Both the position numbers and the translations under genes were made by a program. Of a DNA stretch of 64,000 nucleotides, positions 42,372 to 55,099 are shown piece by piece; the stretch's first letter is position 1; every line of letters begins with the position of its first letter. The stretch is from Epiperipatus broadwayi. Taxonomy: Eukaryota > Animalia > Onychophora. The DNA is taken from positions 18,600,001 to 18,664,000 of the forward strand of contig JAQFVV010000005.1 of the NCBI GenBank assembly GCA_028023455.1. The letters run 5' to 3'. The notes below the pieces were generated by a model. That model saw only the letters and a list, made by a program, of their open reading frames with translations, did not search any database and was not told where the DNA came from.

Positions 42372-43740
42372 AAGTATAGTTAATAAAGAATTGTAATTCA
42401 TATTGGTTATAGATAAATAAACTGGGCAATGGTGATGTGTGTGCATGTTACAATAAATGGATAATTATATTAAAAAAATATACATATCAATATTAAAATA
42501 ATTTATAAAATTAATATTGTTATAACTTAGTATTTAGAATAAATAAAAATATGCTTGTTTTCTAGATTATTAAATTTTTATTACAATTTATAAAAATATT
42601 TTTCTTTGCATTATTTTTATTTATGAAAATGAGTTGATTTATAAAAATGCTAGACATGAGACAGGAAAAGTAATAAAAATTTATTGAAATGATTGTCTGC
42701 TTTGTAAGAGCGCGATTTGGGATTTTTTTTAAAAAAGATACAAAGAACACAAATCTCCTGTTTTAAATATGAACTGTGTAATAGTGAGAGAAATCAAAAA
42801 CATGGATTGCGAATTAATAAGTTAAAGAAAGGAGTTGTCCCCTCATTTTCTATTACATTTTTTAGGAGATTGGATGAAAGGGTTAACATGAAATAATTGA
42901 ATTATATAACACAAATCTCTCTTTAAAATTAATGGATATACCATAATTAACAAAAAAGCAAAAAAATAAAAACATACATTGTTCAAAAACAAAATCGGAT
43001 ACTGAAAATTAATATTTATTAACAATTATTCCACTCTATTATTTCACCAGCTTTGAGGGATTATTAGTGGGCCCGAAAAAATGACAATTAGCAATTTTTA
43101 TTCAGAATCACACTAACCAGATCAAATAAAAAAATAGTAATATTATTGTTTTTAATTTATAAAAAAATAATAATTTCCGGATGCATTCTTAATAACACTT
43201 GTGTTTAGCAAATATTAATAGTAGAAAATATTAATTAATACTTAATATGCACATGTGAATCAATTTTAAACGAGATTGTTTTAGTTATTTTTTTAATATG
43301 AAAAACAAAAAAATGTAATTAATAAATCTAATTATAGGTATTTACTTTTGATAGACTTAAAAGATTATATAACTTGAAGCAGGGCAAAGATATATACATT
43401 TTTAATCTTTATCATATGGGTAAAATTAAATATTGTCAACTCTTAATGAGATGTAATTCTGCTCCGTTTCACAAATATAATATCCAACTCAAAAACACAA
43501 TCTAAAACTTAAATGATAAAGATGTTTGATTATTTCAAATATCATATAATAAATTCTAATAAAAAAACCTGAATACATCAATTTAATTTTAACAGAAATG
43601 AAATATACTTTTAAGATTGTAAAATTGACTATTAAAAATCGATAAGGAATATAATTATTATTTTATTGGCTTTATTATTCTTATTTAGTATTTTGATTAT
43701 ACGATTAAGTCAAATATTTTTTTACTTTTGGGAAATATAT

Positions 43741-44415
43741 ATATTCTAGCACGTGTGCGTGTGTGGCACAACTGTTCCCAAAAGCTATAAAGTGTTAATA
43801 TAAAATAGATAACTAAAAACAAACGAGCTGAGCGCTTTCAAAGGATCTTGCCTTCATAATCATAGCATGCTACTACATTTAATGATATGCAAATATGCTA
43901 ATTCCATTTCTTCGATAAAGCATAGCACGTGTCCTTCCTATTTATGGCATCTTTGTCTCATGAGATGAAGAAGGCCTCTTTGATTTTTCTTTTAAGGTCA
44001 TGGGGTAAGCAGAGCATCTTTGTCCACACGATTAGCGCAACATAAATATTCATACAATAGAGCTCTCAACGATCCTTCCATCTATTCAGCTTTCTATCAG
44101 CACCAGAGCACAAGTCATCACGAGTGCATTCCAGACAATCCCACAATCGTGTGTAGAGAGAGACATTACCTTAAAAGAAAACTCAGAGGCCTTCTTCATC
44201 TCATGAGACAAAGATGCCATAAATAGGAAGGACATGTGCTATCCTTTATCAAAGAAATGGAATTAGCATATTTGCATATCATTAAATGTAGTAGCAAGCT
44301 ATGATTATGAATGCAAGATCAAAGCGCTCAGCTCATTAGTTTTTAGTTATCTATTTTATATTAACACTTTATAGCTTTTGGGAACAGTTGCGACACACAT
44401 GCACACGTAGAATAT
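43741..44415. mobile_element. PLE GIY-YIG 3' fragment with inverted tail (arms 43741-43998 and 44168-44415)
   Basis: STRLAQHKYSYNRA...SAFYQH...TIVCRERHYLKRKLREAFFIS...INRKDMCYPLSKKW on the plus strand. Confidence 0.9.
43826..43866 (-). ncRNA. HHR with A3:U8 core, intact
   Basis: GCT-ATGATTA-T-GAAGG-CAAGAT-CCTTT-GAAA-GCGC-TC-AGC. The plus-strand twin at 44297-44333 lacks 5 nt including G12. Confidence 0.75.
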
Positions 44416-44429
44416 TTTGATTATAGTAA

Positions 44430-45080
44430 TCATAATGCATATTTCGTATAATAAAATTATTTTTGTTATCATTTACCATGGTGTCCTTGATCTCTAAATT
44501 TTATTTAGTTCCTTATTTTATTTCGGAGTTAATGCAAAATCTGTCAGTGATGGGTATTGCATTTGGGTTTGTTATATCTATTCATTGCATTGCTCTTATT
44601 TTAATATTATAATATAGAGCTTTAAAGCATCCATATGTTGTACATGCACATTGACTACAAGTCTTACGATTACCATAACTGGATTAATAAGTGGCATCCA
44701 CCTGGTTGTATATAAAATATCTAACTTGCATGGTGGTTATCAACATCATTTTCAAATTACAAATGTTTGCAGGTTAGGACAAATATACCCATTCCAACGT
44801 CGCAGTCATATTTATGTATTTATTCCATTAGAATATATTCCAGATTGTCTTTGGCATCAGCCATAAATTTGGGATGTTTAAAGTTTCTAAACAAGGAAGC
44901 TTTGAAATCTGTGACCTTGTATTGGAAAGCAATTTGCATGTGTGGATGTAAGTAGCCTCTAATGATGACAGGCTTGACTACAATCGAATAATCAATGCAG
45001 TGAGTTTGTCTTATTAATTTTAAGTCAAGGTATTTAAGATGTTGTTGGTGATCTTCATCTTCATGCATCCATTTGATCTC
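44430..45080 (-). mobile_element. Decayed PLE RT C-terminal/thumb fragment
   Basis: LKYLDLKLIRQ..IDYSIVVKP..RGYLH (ORF 44820-45068) resembles LPFLDV.I.R...T.VYRKPT...YL; also RWNGY. Confidence 0.7.
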
Positions 45081-45189
45081 TGGGAACAGTTTAAGATGTA
45101 TTTTTGTGTTATTTTATGCTTTGGATTATCAGTTATGGTGTTAATCTGTATAAACAAATTTTTATGGTTAATTAGTTTATACAAATTAG

Positions 45190-45677
45190 TATAACAATAG
45201 TAGACAGCAAGAATATTATACTACTATTAATAAATTTTAGGTTCTGAATCATTTATTTTTATTTACTTAGCAAATGGAAACAAGAAACATGATTCATGAA
45301 ACTGGTGCTCTTGAGTTTACTACTCTACATACATACATACATATAATGACCATTTATAAGTGAGTACTGCCATTCCAAATCTAAGGAAAGAAAAGAAAAA
45401 AAATTGCTCTAAAAATAAGTTTTGCAATGTCTATAACAATAGTAGACAGCAAGAATATTATACTACTATTAATAAATTTTAGGTTCTGAATCATTTATTT
45501 TTATTTACTTAGCAAATGGAAACAAGAAACATGATTCATGAAACTGGTGCTCTTGAGTTTACTACTCTACATACATACATACATATAATGACCATTTATA
45601 AGTGAGTACTGCCATTCCAAATCTAAGGAAAGAAAAGAAAAAAAATTGCTCTAAAAATAAGTTTTGCAATGTCTATA
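45190..45677. repeat. Apparently identical tandem duplication, 2 x 242 bp
   Basis: 45190-45431 is repeated at 45432-45673. Confidence 0.95.
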
Positions 45678-46409
45678 AAACCAATCAGAACACATTAGTC
45701 CATTTTTCTGCTGACTTGATGGTTTATGATGGTGTCTTTTATTTCTTTAGAAAAAAACTTTCTGAAATATTTCAGCACTATGTAACAGTATATGAAATGC
45801 CATTACATTATTTTAAAATGAAAATAAAAAGATCGTAAATAAAAATTGATTTATTAAAAAGAAAAAGAAAAACTTAACTTAAAAACTGAAAATTAAAAGT
45901 TGTTTAACGTATATATATCGCACAGATGGAAAACTTTAAAAACTATTTTAAAATTAAAGTATTTGAAAGTTTTTTGTTTTTTTTTGTAAAAAAGTAAAGA
46001 TGTAAAGATTTGATATTTTTGAAAATAGAAATAGTTTTGATTTCTATAATCTTAGAAATTGGAAATGATTGTTTTATTAATTAAATGATTGTTCTAAAGC
46101 ACACTAGACCTTGGGGCATTCGAATAATTAAATGGTCAGATAAGAGAATAAAAAGAAATTAAATGACCAATGCAAGCACGAAATGACAGCATGGACCATA
46201 AATGAAACACGAGAGGATTAGTGACGTCTTGCTCACTGAATCCGAAGATTTGATGGTAAGAGGCTAATAAAAATATAAAAGCCAAATGATTATTATAATT
46301 GGGATCTTAAAGCTGACTATGAATATGCCATTTTAACTAGCTATATTGCAAATTTTCATGATGTAGAAATCTGCAATAAATTTAATTTTCTGGACAACAA
46401 GCTGAGGCC

Positions 46410-46510
46410 TCTGGATGACAGTTCCTGACCAAATGCATGGCAAGTAGTGGTTTCATTTCAAAGAAGGACAAACAATCTACGAAAGTGATCATGAAGATGG
46501 ACCTCTAAAT
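46410..46510 (+). mobile_element. Mariner transposase N-terminal remnant
   Basis: WFHFKEGQTIYESDHEDGP resembles WF.RFK.G...ED..R.GRP. Confidence 0.4.
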
Positions 46511-49500
46511 CTGCTCAATCTGTAAAGTATGAATTCTTGTGTTTATCTAATAGGAACTTTTCCTAAATTTGCAATTAATTGCTGAAAATAAGAACTATTA
46601 TCTGTCCTAAAGAATTCAAAATCTATTATTAGTAATTTTTTTATGCATTTGTTTAAACAATCATTTCCATTTCTTTTTTTTTGTGTGTGTGTTAAGTGTT
46701 AATTAAAATGTATCAAATTAAAGTTGGGTATAGATAGCTGCATGGATAAAAATTAATAATTATGTTTAAGTTCGTTTATGTTTATTTTAAAGGGTTAATT
46801 TCAGGCTATTTGTTTCGTAGTTAGGACGATGCTTGTGGAGGGATATATGGGTGTTTATATCAATGTAATGTGAAGCATGTTTAGCATACAGGGCAACGTG
46901 CTCAACTGAATGCATGACCCCAAAGAGGCAGTCATATCATTGAAATGGTCGCAGACATATTTCCTGCACCATTAACCCCTTCTAGCTCTATGGACAGGGA
47001 TTTATAAGTCGGCAGAAAGACTGCTCTCCTCCATATGTAGCACTCTTTAATTAATTTATATACATGATTCATTTGCCAGACAGATGCATATTCCTGTACT
47101 GGCCGAGGATCATGTCCTTCAAATAATATCACGCTGTCACATGCACATTCCTGTCAGTGTGATTTTATGCTAGCATCTTCATATTACATTGGTTGTGACT
47201 ATATATCTGGAAGCAGGCGTTGGTTTGGCTATGAACTTTTAGTCTGAGATTGAATGAGTGTTTTGATAAGTTTTTTTTTAAGTGAGAAATCTATGTAGCC
47301 TATCTATACTCAACATGCTAAAGTAAATATTAAAATGTCCATCTGTGTGGTCTATTTAAAATAGTAATTTAAATTTTAAAATGTTAAAAGCTAAATATAA
47401 ATTTTATTCCTCAATTTTAAATATAAATATTATATATGTTCGTTAATAAATTTTTTTGTGTGTGTTATTACTGGCAGTGGCTTATTTTATTAAATATTAA
47501 TATATTTTAAGTTATATTAAGTTTCTGTGTCTCCTTGAGATAGTGGCAAGGGCAAAGGGTCAATAAAATAAAAGTTGGATTTTTAACAGCGCATATCTGC
47601 CTACTCTATAAATTTTCTAGATTCAAATGTCCTAGTGGCGCCCTGTAGTGCAGATACGGTAAGACTTATTGATCACCCACACTGTGACCATTATAACTAT
47701 GTCTAAGTGTAGCTCTCCAATTTCTATCCTCTGCCATATCTTCCTAATGGATAAATTGACATAGTACTTCTTGAGAATGTCTTTGAGATAATCCTTTTAA
47801 TGTAAATAATGTTTACCTCTGTTATAAAAACTCTGCTCAAGTTCTCCAAAAAAAAGCTGTACGTATTATATTGTTTGTTTCGTGTGTTCAATCTAACAAA
47901 GGTATGATTTCACAATAGTGGTCTGTACAATATCATATCCAGCAAGTTGAATAGCATATTGGTTGGTTTTATGATATTGCTATAGTATTTTTAAAATTAT
48001 GAGCAGCAACCTTAAATGAAACTTTTCTAATGCCTTTATATTGCATTGATAGGTTGTCCAAATCTCATCCCAATACATTTAAGAAAATAGCAGCTTTATA
48101 TACAGCTTAGTTGCAACAGTTATTTCCCTGTGATAAAATATTCTATCTTTTCACTTGTTAAAAGCAGCAGCATATTGGAGTCTGTGTTATGTCTCAACAT
48201 TCAATTCCATCATTCTACTTACAAAACTATTAAGGTACATAAATTGGTTTAGATTCTCAAGCTAATAGCCCATCTAAACTAAAATTTGATATTTTTGAAC
48301 ATTAATTATTAAAACAAAAACTTTCTTTTCAACTGTCAAAAATATAATAATCATCAGCATACTGAACAGAATCAAAAAAAAAAAAAAAAGAAGTTTTTGT
48401 TCTTGCTTTAATTGTTTCATATTAAAAATTCCAAAAATTCTGAACCATAACTTAATCTGTTTCATTAAGCTTACCTACAAACAATTCCAAAACATCTATC
48501 ATAAAAATTGAAAACAATATTGGACTAAGCACATATTTTTGTTTAACAACACTTTTCACTTCAAATGCCTTAAATTTTCTATTTCATTTCCTCTTATTCC
48601 ATTATGTAGTAGCTATATAATATCAAACAACTAATTTCAAAAAATGTCATAAACCTATTTCATTAACTGAATTAAGTATCTTGTGTTATGTATGTATGTG
48701 CATATTGCTATGTGTGAATGTTAAAATACATACATATATAAAGTTAGACATGTATTAAGTTATAAAAAATATTTGTGAAAATAAATATAAATATAAATTA
48801 TTAAATCTGTCAGTAAAAGAGCACCTTACAGAAAATTAACTTGTAAATTACATCAAAAAGATAAAACAAGGTTAATTGATTTCCTAAAATAAAACTAATT
48901 AATCTACACTGACAATTGAAAGCAGAGAATTTGACCAAACCCAGATGCCTCAATTAAAATAAAGTAATTATTAACTGATGTCATAATAAATTGTTATTGT
49001 TAACCAATAAAATGTGAAGGACTTAAGATAACTAATCTGTAGAGCAGATGGGCCAAAATTCTGCAATCAGTTGGCACTTGCTCATGAAAACCACTTCAAT
49101 GAAAATGTATTTGCAACATCATAATTCTGGTTGTTATTGTACATCGATTCAAAGTATGATTAAATGGCAGAGAATCCTGCCTCTTAACATGCCAAAGCAG
49201 GTCTAGGACTTTATTGATCATATCGATCTATGTTATTATTTATTTATGTCTCTGAGCCATTGTATATAATTAAAATTTGTAGTATGAGATAATTAGTAAT
49301 TGTACATATTTTATATTAGTATTATATATATTAAACATTTTACTATAAGGGTTTACTTTTTTAAGGGTTTAAATTTCATAAGCATATGTCTGATCAGAGT
49401 GAAGAGATTGTACCTAGACATGAAAATTGGTACAGATGACATTGAATTCTAATGGAGCGACAAACTTCTGGAAGTAAATTGTCAGATCAATATCTGGAAA

Positions 49501-49599
49501 ATGATCTGCAATCTTCAATTAGTGAATTTGAATGTGACAAAGCAGATCAAGGGATTTTACAGGGTATATTGATTTATATTATTTCTTTATACCTTAGGG

Positions 49600-49957
49600 C
49601 AGGGATCCCCAACCTTTTTGGACTTAAGAGCACATTCTATAATACCGGCCAGGTGGCGGGCACCATTTATTTTTTCAATGTAAATTTATAGTTGGATATT
49701 GTTAATAATACACATAATGTACAAAAAAAATTTTTATTTCAAAAATAAAATTTTAACATATAATTAACGTTTATATTTTTACTATGCCCTACAATTTTAT
49801 TACAATATAATACAATAATTTATAAGAAATTTTAAAAATGAAATTTATCTATATCAGATAAATAATTTTTTATCGTGTTCGGTCGGATAGTGCCGGGCAC
49901 ACATAAAATGGTCTGCAGGTGCCATGGTGCTCATGGGCATAGGGTTGGGGACCCCTG
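49600..49957. mobile_element. hAT-type MITE (358 bp)
   Basis: TIRs CAGGGATCCCCAACC / GGTTGGGGACCCCTG; perfect 8-bp TSD CCTTAGGG (49592-49599, 49958-49965). Confidence 0.92.
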
Positions 49958-50559
49958 CCTTAGGGCTATTGTATATAATTAAAATTCATAGTATGAGATA
50001 ATTAGTAATATATATATTAAACAATCTTACTGTATTGTTGTCTTAGATTTTCTAAGGGCTTAAATCTCATAAATGTAGGTCAGTTCAGAATAGAGTGAAC
50101 ATACCTAAAAACAGCAGCTTGATAAAATCAATAAAAACAATATATAAATTATTTTTTTATTCTTGACAAATTTTCTTGCACCTGCATAACAACAAAATAA
50201 TATGTATAGTACTTCTTGATTCTTTAGAACCAACCATTCTATTCAACAAAATCCTTGAATAATATATTTGCTGTAATGGATAATAATGCTATTCCATGAT
50301 AATTATTGCAATCTTGTGTATTATCTTTATTTTAAAAAATTGGAACAATAGAAGTATCTTTAAAATTAGGCAGCATAACATCATGCATCCATATTCCAAA
50401 AAAATTCCAATATTTTTGAAGCTAACATATTATATTTTGAAACTTCTCCAGATATTTCATCAGAACATTTCTATTTTAAGATTACAAAGAGCTGTTTTGA
50501 TTTCCTAAACTGTATATCCTTGTCCAATCTAAATGAATAGATAATGTGGAATGTTTTGA

Positions 50560-51000
50560 CTTCATAAGCTAGATATCTTTGTCCGATCTAAATGGGTAAA
50601 GTGGACATATCACTAAAGTTGTCATCTCAATTTTTACATCATTATTAAAAAGATGTTCAAATACTCCTTCCACCATATAAGAAAATGATATTTCTAGATT
50701 TAAAAGGATCATAATACTGTTTCTCAGTTCAAAACAAAGCAAAACTCTCCATATAGTAGTGCCATCTTGTGCTAACAAGAGCAATCAATGGATGTCAGAA
50801 GGCTTGTGCATAAAATCCCTATTTAGTGCCTACTCATCCAATATCCCCAGACTAGTTTCTGGCTTGTGGCCTTCATCAGTGAGGAGCCTTGGATCTGAGA
50901 GCACTGCACCTAGATCTTAGGATCTAATGCAACCCTCCAGCAGCCACCTTTTAACTCTATTTAACTACTATATGGAGAGTTTTGCTTTGTTTTGAATTGT
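50560..51000. mobile_element. Tail-to-tail PLE ends with a ~34-bp inverted block
   Basis: TTCAAAACAAAGCAAAACTCTCCATATAGTAGTT (~50728-50760) is inverted at ~50962-50995; plus-strand KDVQILLPPY is PLE-end-like. Confidence 0.65.
50844..50885 (-). ncRNA. Type-I minimal HHR, canonical C3:G8 core
   Basis: TCCTCA-CTGATGA-A-GGC-CACAA-GCC-A-GAAAC-TA-GTC-TGGGGA; palindromic ACTAGT in helix III. Confidence 0.8.
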
Positions 51001-51433
51001 TTAATAACAATTATGTAGCTAGTATGAGATAGTGATCATGTGATGTTTAGTGGTTTAACTGTTTCTCAGATTCATATTTTGCTTTTAGTACATCAAAAGG
51101 ACAATCTAAAGTCATCATAATCAATGAATGCCTGCATATTCTTTGCAGTTTTAATTCACCAATTGCTTTTAAACCTTTTGGTCAGTCATTGAACTTCTGC
51201 ATTCAGGTCTCCATATTTTTAATGAAGTTCCACCTTTAATTTATTATTCTTTCAAACAGAAAATGTCATGTTTTCTTTTAATCAAATTGCTAATAATAAC
51301 ATCATTATCAGAAAAGTCATGATTTTTCTTTTTAATGAACCCAAGAACAGATTTACTTGTATTCACAACCTATTCTTTAAGATAATTATATGCATCAGTA
51401 ACGTGACAGTCTTGAAGATCCAAATTATCAATT

Positions 51434-51594
51434 TTATAAAGAGAAAAGTTTTAATCTTTTCTGCATGTGCTTTAAACATTTATAATAGTCAAACAATGTA
51501 GTTTCATGACCTCTATAGTCATACAACTACATTGTTTGGCTAATATAAATGTTTAAAGCACTTGTGGAAAAGACTAAAGCCTTTCTCTTTATAA
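51434..51594. repeat. Imperfect hairpin, ~75-bp arms, 7-nt loop
   Basis: ...TTTAAACATTTATA..AGTCAAACAATGTAGTT..ATGAC-CTCTATA-GTCAT..AACTACATTGTTTGGCT..TATAAATGTTTAAA... Confidence 0.8.
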
Positions 51595-51619
51595 TTACGT
51601 ACTGCCTGTGTGCTTGATA

Positions 51620-52761
51620 CATAATTAGAACATGATCTATTTTAGTGTTTAACAGCTACAGAAATTTAATGAATATAGTCATATGTCTAAAAATGATCAT
51701 CAATTTTTTTGTGAATATGATTGAAATAAGATCTACTTTATAATGATATCGATCATTTTAAAATTGGAGTATATTAATCTATGAACCATCTAACAATCTT
51801 TTTTGTGAGTATTCATATATGAACTCTTGCATTCTAATTCCTAACGATAATGTAAGCTATTAAATGCCATTGTTTTGAGCATGGATGCATCCATGTTCCA
51901 CTGTAGCAGGTTTTGTCTAAACAAAGTATTTATAATAGTCGATCCATGAGTTATGCAAAACTTCAATAATAACAGATTGTTTCAATTTACAGTATCAATA
52001 TTATTATTACCAGAAATGTTTAGCCAAAGTTTACTATTTGTATCAACACATGTATTAAAGTCTCCAATAAAATTTTGATCCTTTAATGATATCATTATAA
52101 TAAGGTTATCCAACAAGTAATAATAACTTTCTTTCTTTGAATTCTCTGAATCTAAGATTGGATGGAACTAATAAAATGAGCACTAATACCATTCTTTAAG
52201 ATAAATTTTAACACCGTGAATCTTTTATTGATGCAACAAGGAACTCCAACAATAGAAGATACTAAATCTAACACCATGCATTCCCTTTTCACTGATTTAT
52301 CCATTCTTTCAAAAAAATTTGTAGCCATCCAACTTACTGTGAAAGATATATCTCACTAAGAGTAGCTAAATCTACCCTAAATCTTGACACCTTTTTGGGT
52401 GCCAGTGTAATTCTCCATTCTGGTCTTGAACATTTGTATTAAGTAAAGTTCACATATTTCATGTACCCATATTTAGGAAAAAATAGAATATTTATCTTTA
52501 GTATTACCCTGCCTATTATTATTACTACTGCTATAATGAATAATTTACTATGTACAACAACCTAGTCATAATTGTATGATAGGCACTTTTTTTCTAATCA
52601 CCTTCCCCTTTTGTGGCAGACAGGAGGATCCATAAATAGTAATGCCTAAATATTTAATATTTATCAGATGGAATTCCTGTCTCAAATCCAGTTTCAAACA
52701 GACTCATTAGTGGACATTGTATTACTTGAGCAAAGATCACAAATTCTTGAGGGCTTGAGCC
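51620..52761 (-). mobile_element. Decayed RTE LINE 5' UTR + APE endonuclease
   Basis: DLATLSEI, HGVRFSI, FIGDFN, NNLLLLKFC..H...INTLF, TWMHPCSKQWHLIAYII. Confidence 0.85.
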
Positions 52762-53308
52762 AAAAAAAAAATGGAAGTTAGAATTGTGCCTGTAAGTTGA
52801 AGAACAAAAATGTTGCACAAACACACAATTTCATTGTCACAGTTGATATAGGAAAATAACTAATGATATGAAAAATTCATTATGATTAGTCCTCTATTAG
52901 CTTAAGTTACTAAAAAGGAAGAAGGAAGAGAAAAAACTGATTTGTATTACGAGTAGATCTTAGCATTGATAACCAACATTCTACCTTACAGGGGAACAGA
53001 AGCTTTTGATTGAGCACTGTTCATTTGTTATTCACACCTGACCTTCATATCTGTAGATCATTCAAATATTTTTACCAATTATGTATCCTATCAATAGCCT
53101 GAGAACAGCACCAGGCTACAACTGCATTAATCTATGGAGTACATTTTGAGTCACAGATCTAAAGTAAAGAGTAATGATAAAAGTTCTACACTTTAGCATA
53201 GCTATTATTATTCTTGCACTATCAATTTGATTTTCCAACTCATTAAAAATATTCTACAAATAATAAAAACACATGAATGCATTGAGAAATAGTACCTTGC
53301 ATTATTTA

Positions 53309-53648
53309 TATATTGCAATGGTGCAGAGGGAGTAGTGAATGTAAGTAATATGGGGAGATGGAAAACCATAAACATCTTCAAATAAACAAAATATAAAATT
53401 AAATATAAAAGGAATACAGTGAATATGAAATAAGAGCAGTGAAGCAGTTGTCATAAGGTGCCTAATGCATCTTATGTTTTTGTTTATGTTGACTCTCTGT
53501 TCTTATTCTATATTCATAATATTCCACTGCATTCCTTTTATATTTAATTTTATATTTTGTTTATTTGATGATGATGATGATGGTTTCCCCATCTCCCCAT
53601 ACTCTCCCCATATTACATTTACCACTCAATCCATACCGTTACAATATA
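53309..53648. repeat. Imperfect inverted repeat (arms ~53309-53439 and ~53497-53648)
   Basis: CAAATAAACAAAATATAAAATTAAATATAAAAGGAAT, ATGGGGAGATGG and flanks are mirrored. Confidence 0.8.
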
Positions 53649-55099
53649 CTGTATATGTATGTTGATATGAAGATTTTCGGGGTTAGAGATATAAATTATA
53701 TAGATATCATTTATATAGAGAGAGAAACAGAATAGTATAAAATATGTTAAAAGGAAAGAAAAAATAAACTTTACCAGCATCAGTAAGGGCCCTGTTAGAT
53801 TTTAACAACGGTGTCATTGGGTGATATATAACAAAAATAAAAGATAATCAGTTGACTAGAAACATTTTTGATCGAATATCAAAAGATAAAAAGAGTCTAT
53901 CTTGAGACAGGATGATTTCTAAAATTATGCTGAAATATTAAAGATAGGAAAATCATGCATAAAATATTCGCAAAGTACTGGAGAACTTCATCCTGCAAAA
54001 AGATGCAAAATGTTATGATATATGAAAGGAAAAAAAAATTATTTAATCGTTATCTTATTTTCCTGTTTACAAATTTAACAGAGAAATATTTCAAATTTGT
54101 AAGTTATGCCAAGATATGGAAAAAATAAATGTAATGAGTTTTGATGAAACTGCAGTAAAGAAACCCCATGATTAATCAATCATTAAGCTGATAGTTACAA
54201 GCTAGTTACTAATGATCTTCTAGTAAGAGTTTAAAAATCTTTTTCTTTCTTTAAAAATGATTTTTATACGAGATTCAGACATTGATTTATTGTAGTTTTA
54301 ATAACAGATGTAATGTTCAAAATTTATAGGAATATAGAAAACTATATGATTACATATATATAATTCTATTTAAACATTTGTACTTCAACATGTATGTGTT
54401 TGTATGTACGTTTGTGTTACAAAATGACTATAAATTTCTAATAGGTCAATAAATAATTGTACCTAGCACAAGGTTTGTTGACTCATCGCCACTTAGTGGT
54501 AATTTCCCAATGCTTTCCAAGGGCTGTTGAGTGGGAGCTTAAATGATCTTCTGAAAAGGTGTGTAGACTTTTAAAAAATCTCCTGGTAAAAGATACGGAT
54601 TAAACAATGCAAAGAACCACTCCATCAACATCAGCACTAGTTTTTATCACTTTCTATTTAATTTCCTTAATAATCTTATATGATTTGTAAAGATTTTTTG
54701 ATTCTGAAGAGTCTATGAGCAATAAATTAGTCGGTTAAAAAAAAATAATTGATCACCATCATTAAGAATCATCCATTGATAGCTATTAATATTAATTTAA
54801 AATAATCTGAAAAGGACATTTTATGTGCATAAAAATAATTGGATGATTTATCATTCAGGAAGTCATATGCTGTTTGAGCATTAAAAGTCTCAGAATTGAG
54901 CTTCGATCCAGAAATTTTTAGATTTTGACATCGTTACAGCATTAGACGACATTTAGGCATTGTCCACAGTACATTTTACAAAGGATAAGCATTATTACAG
55001 TCAAGATGTATTAGATATTGTGATATGGAATAAAAAGAGATCACCAAGTAATGGAAAGCTATAGTTGATAATAGTTAGATGCTATTTCTTGATCATAGT

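Noticed and set aside
49075-49125. HHR-like CTCATGA...GAAAATGTATTT
   Set aside because: G5 is mutated, there is no stem II and the stem I register is inconsistent
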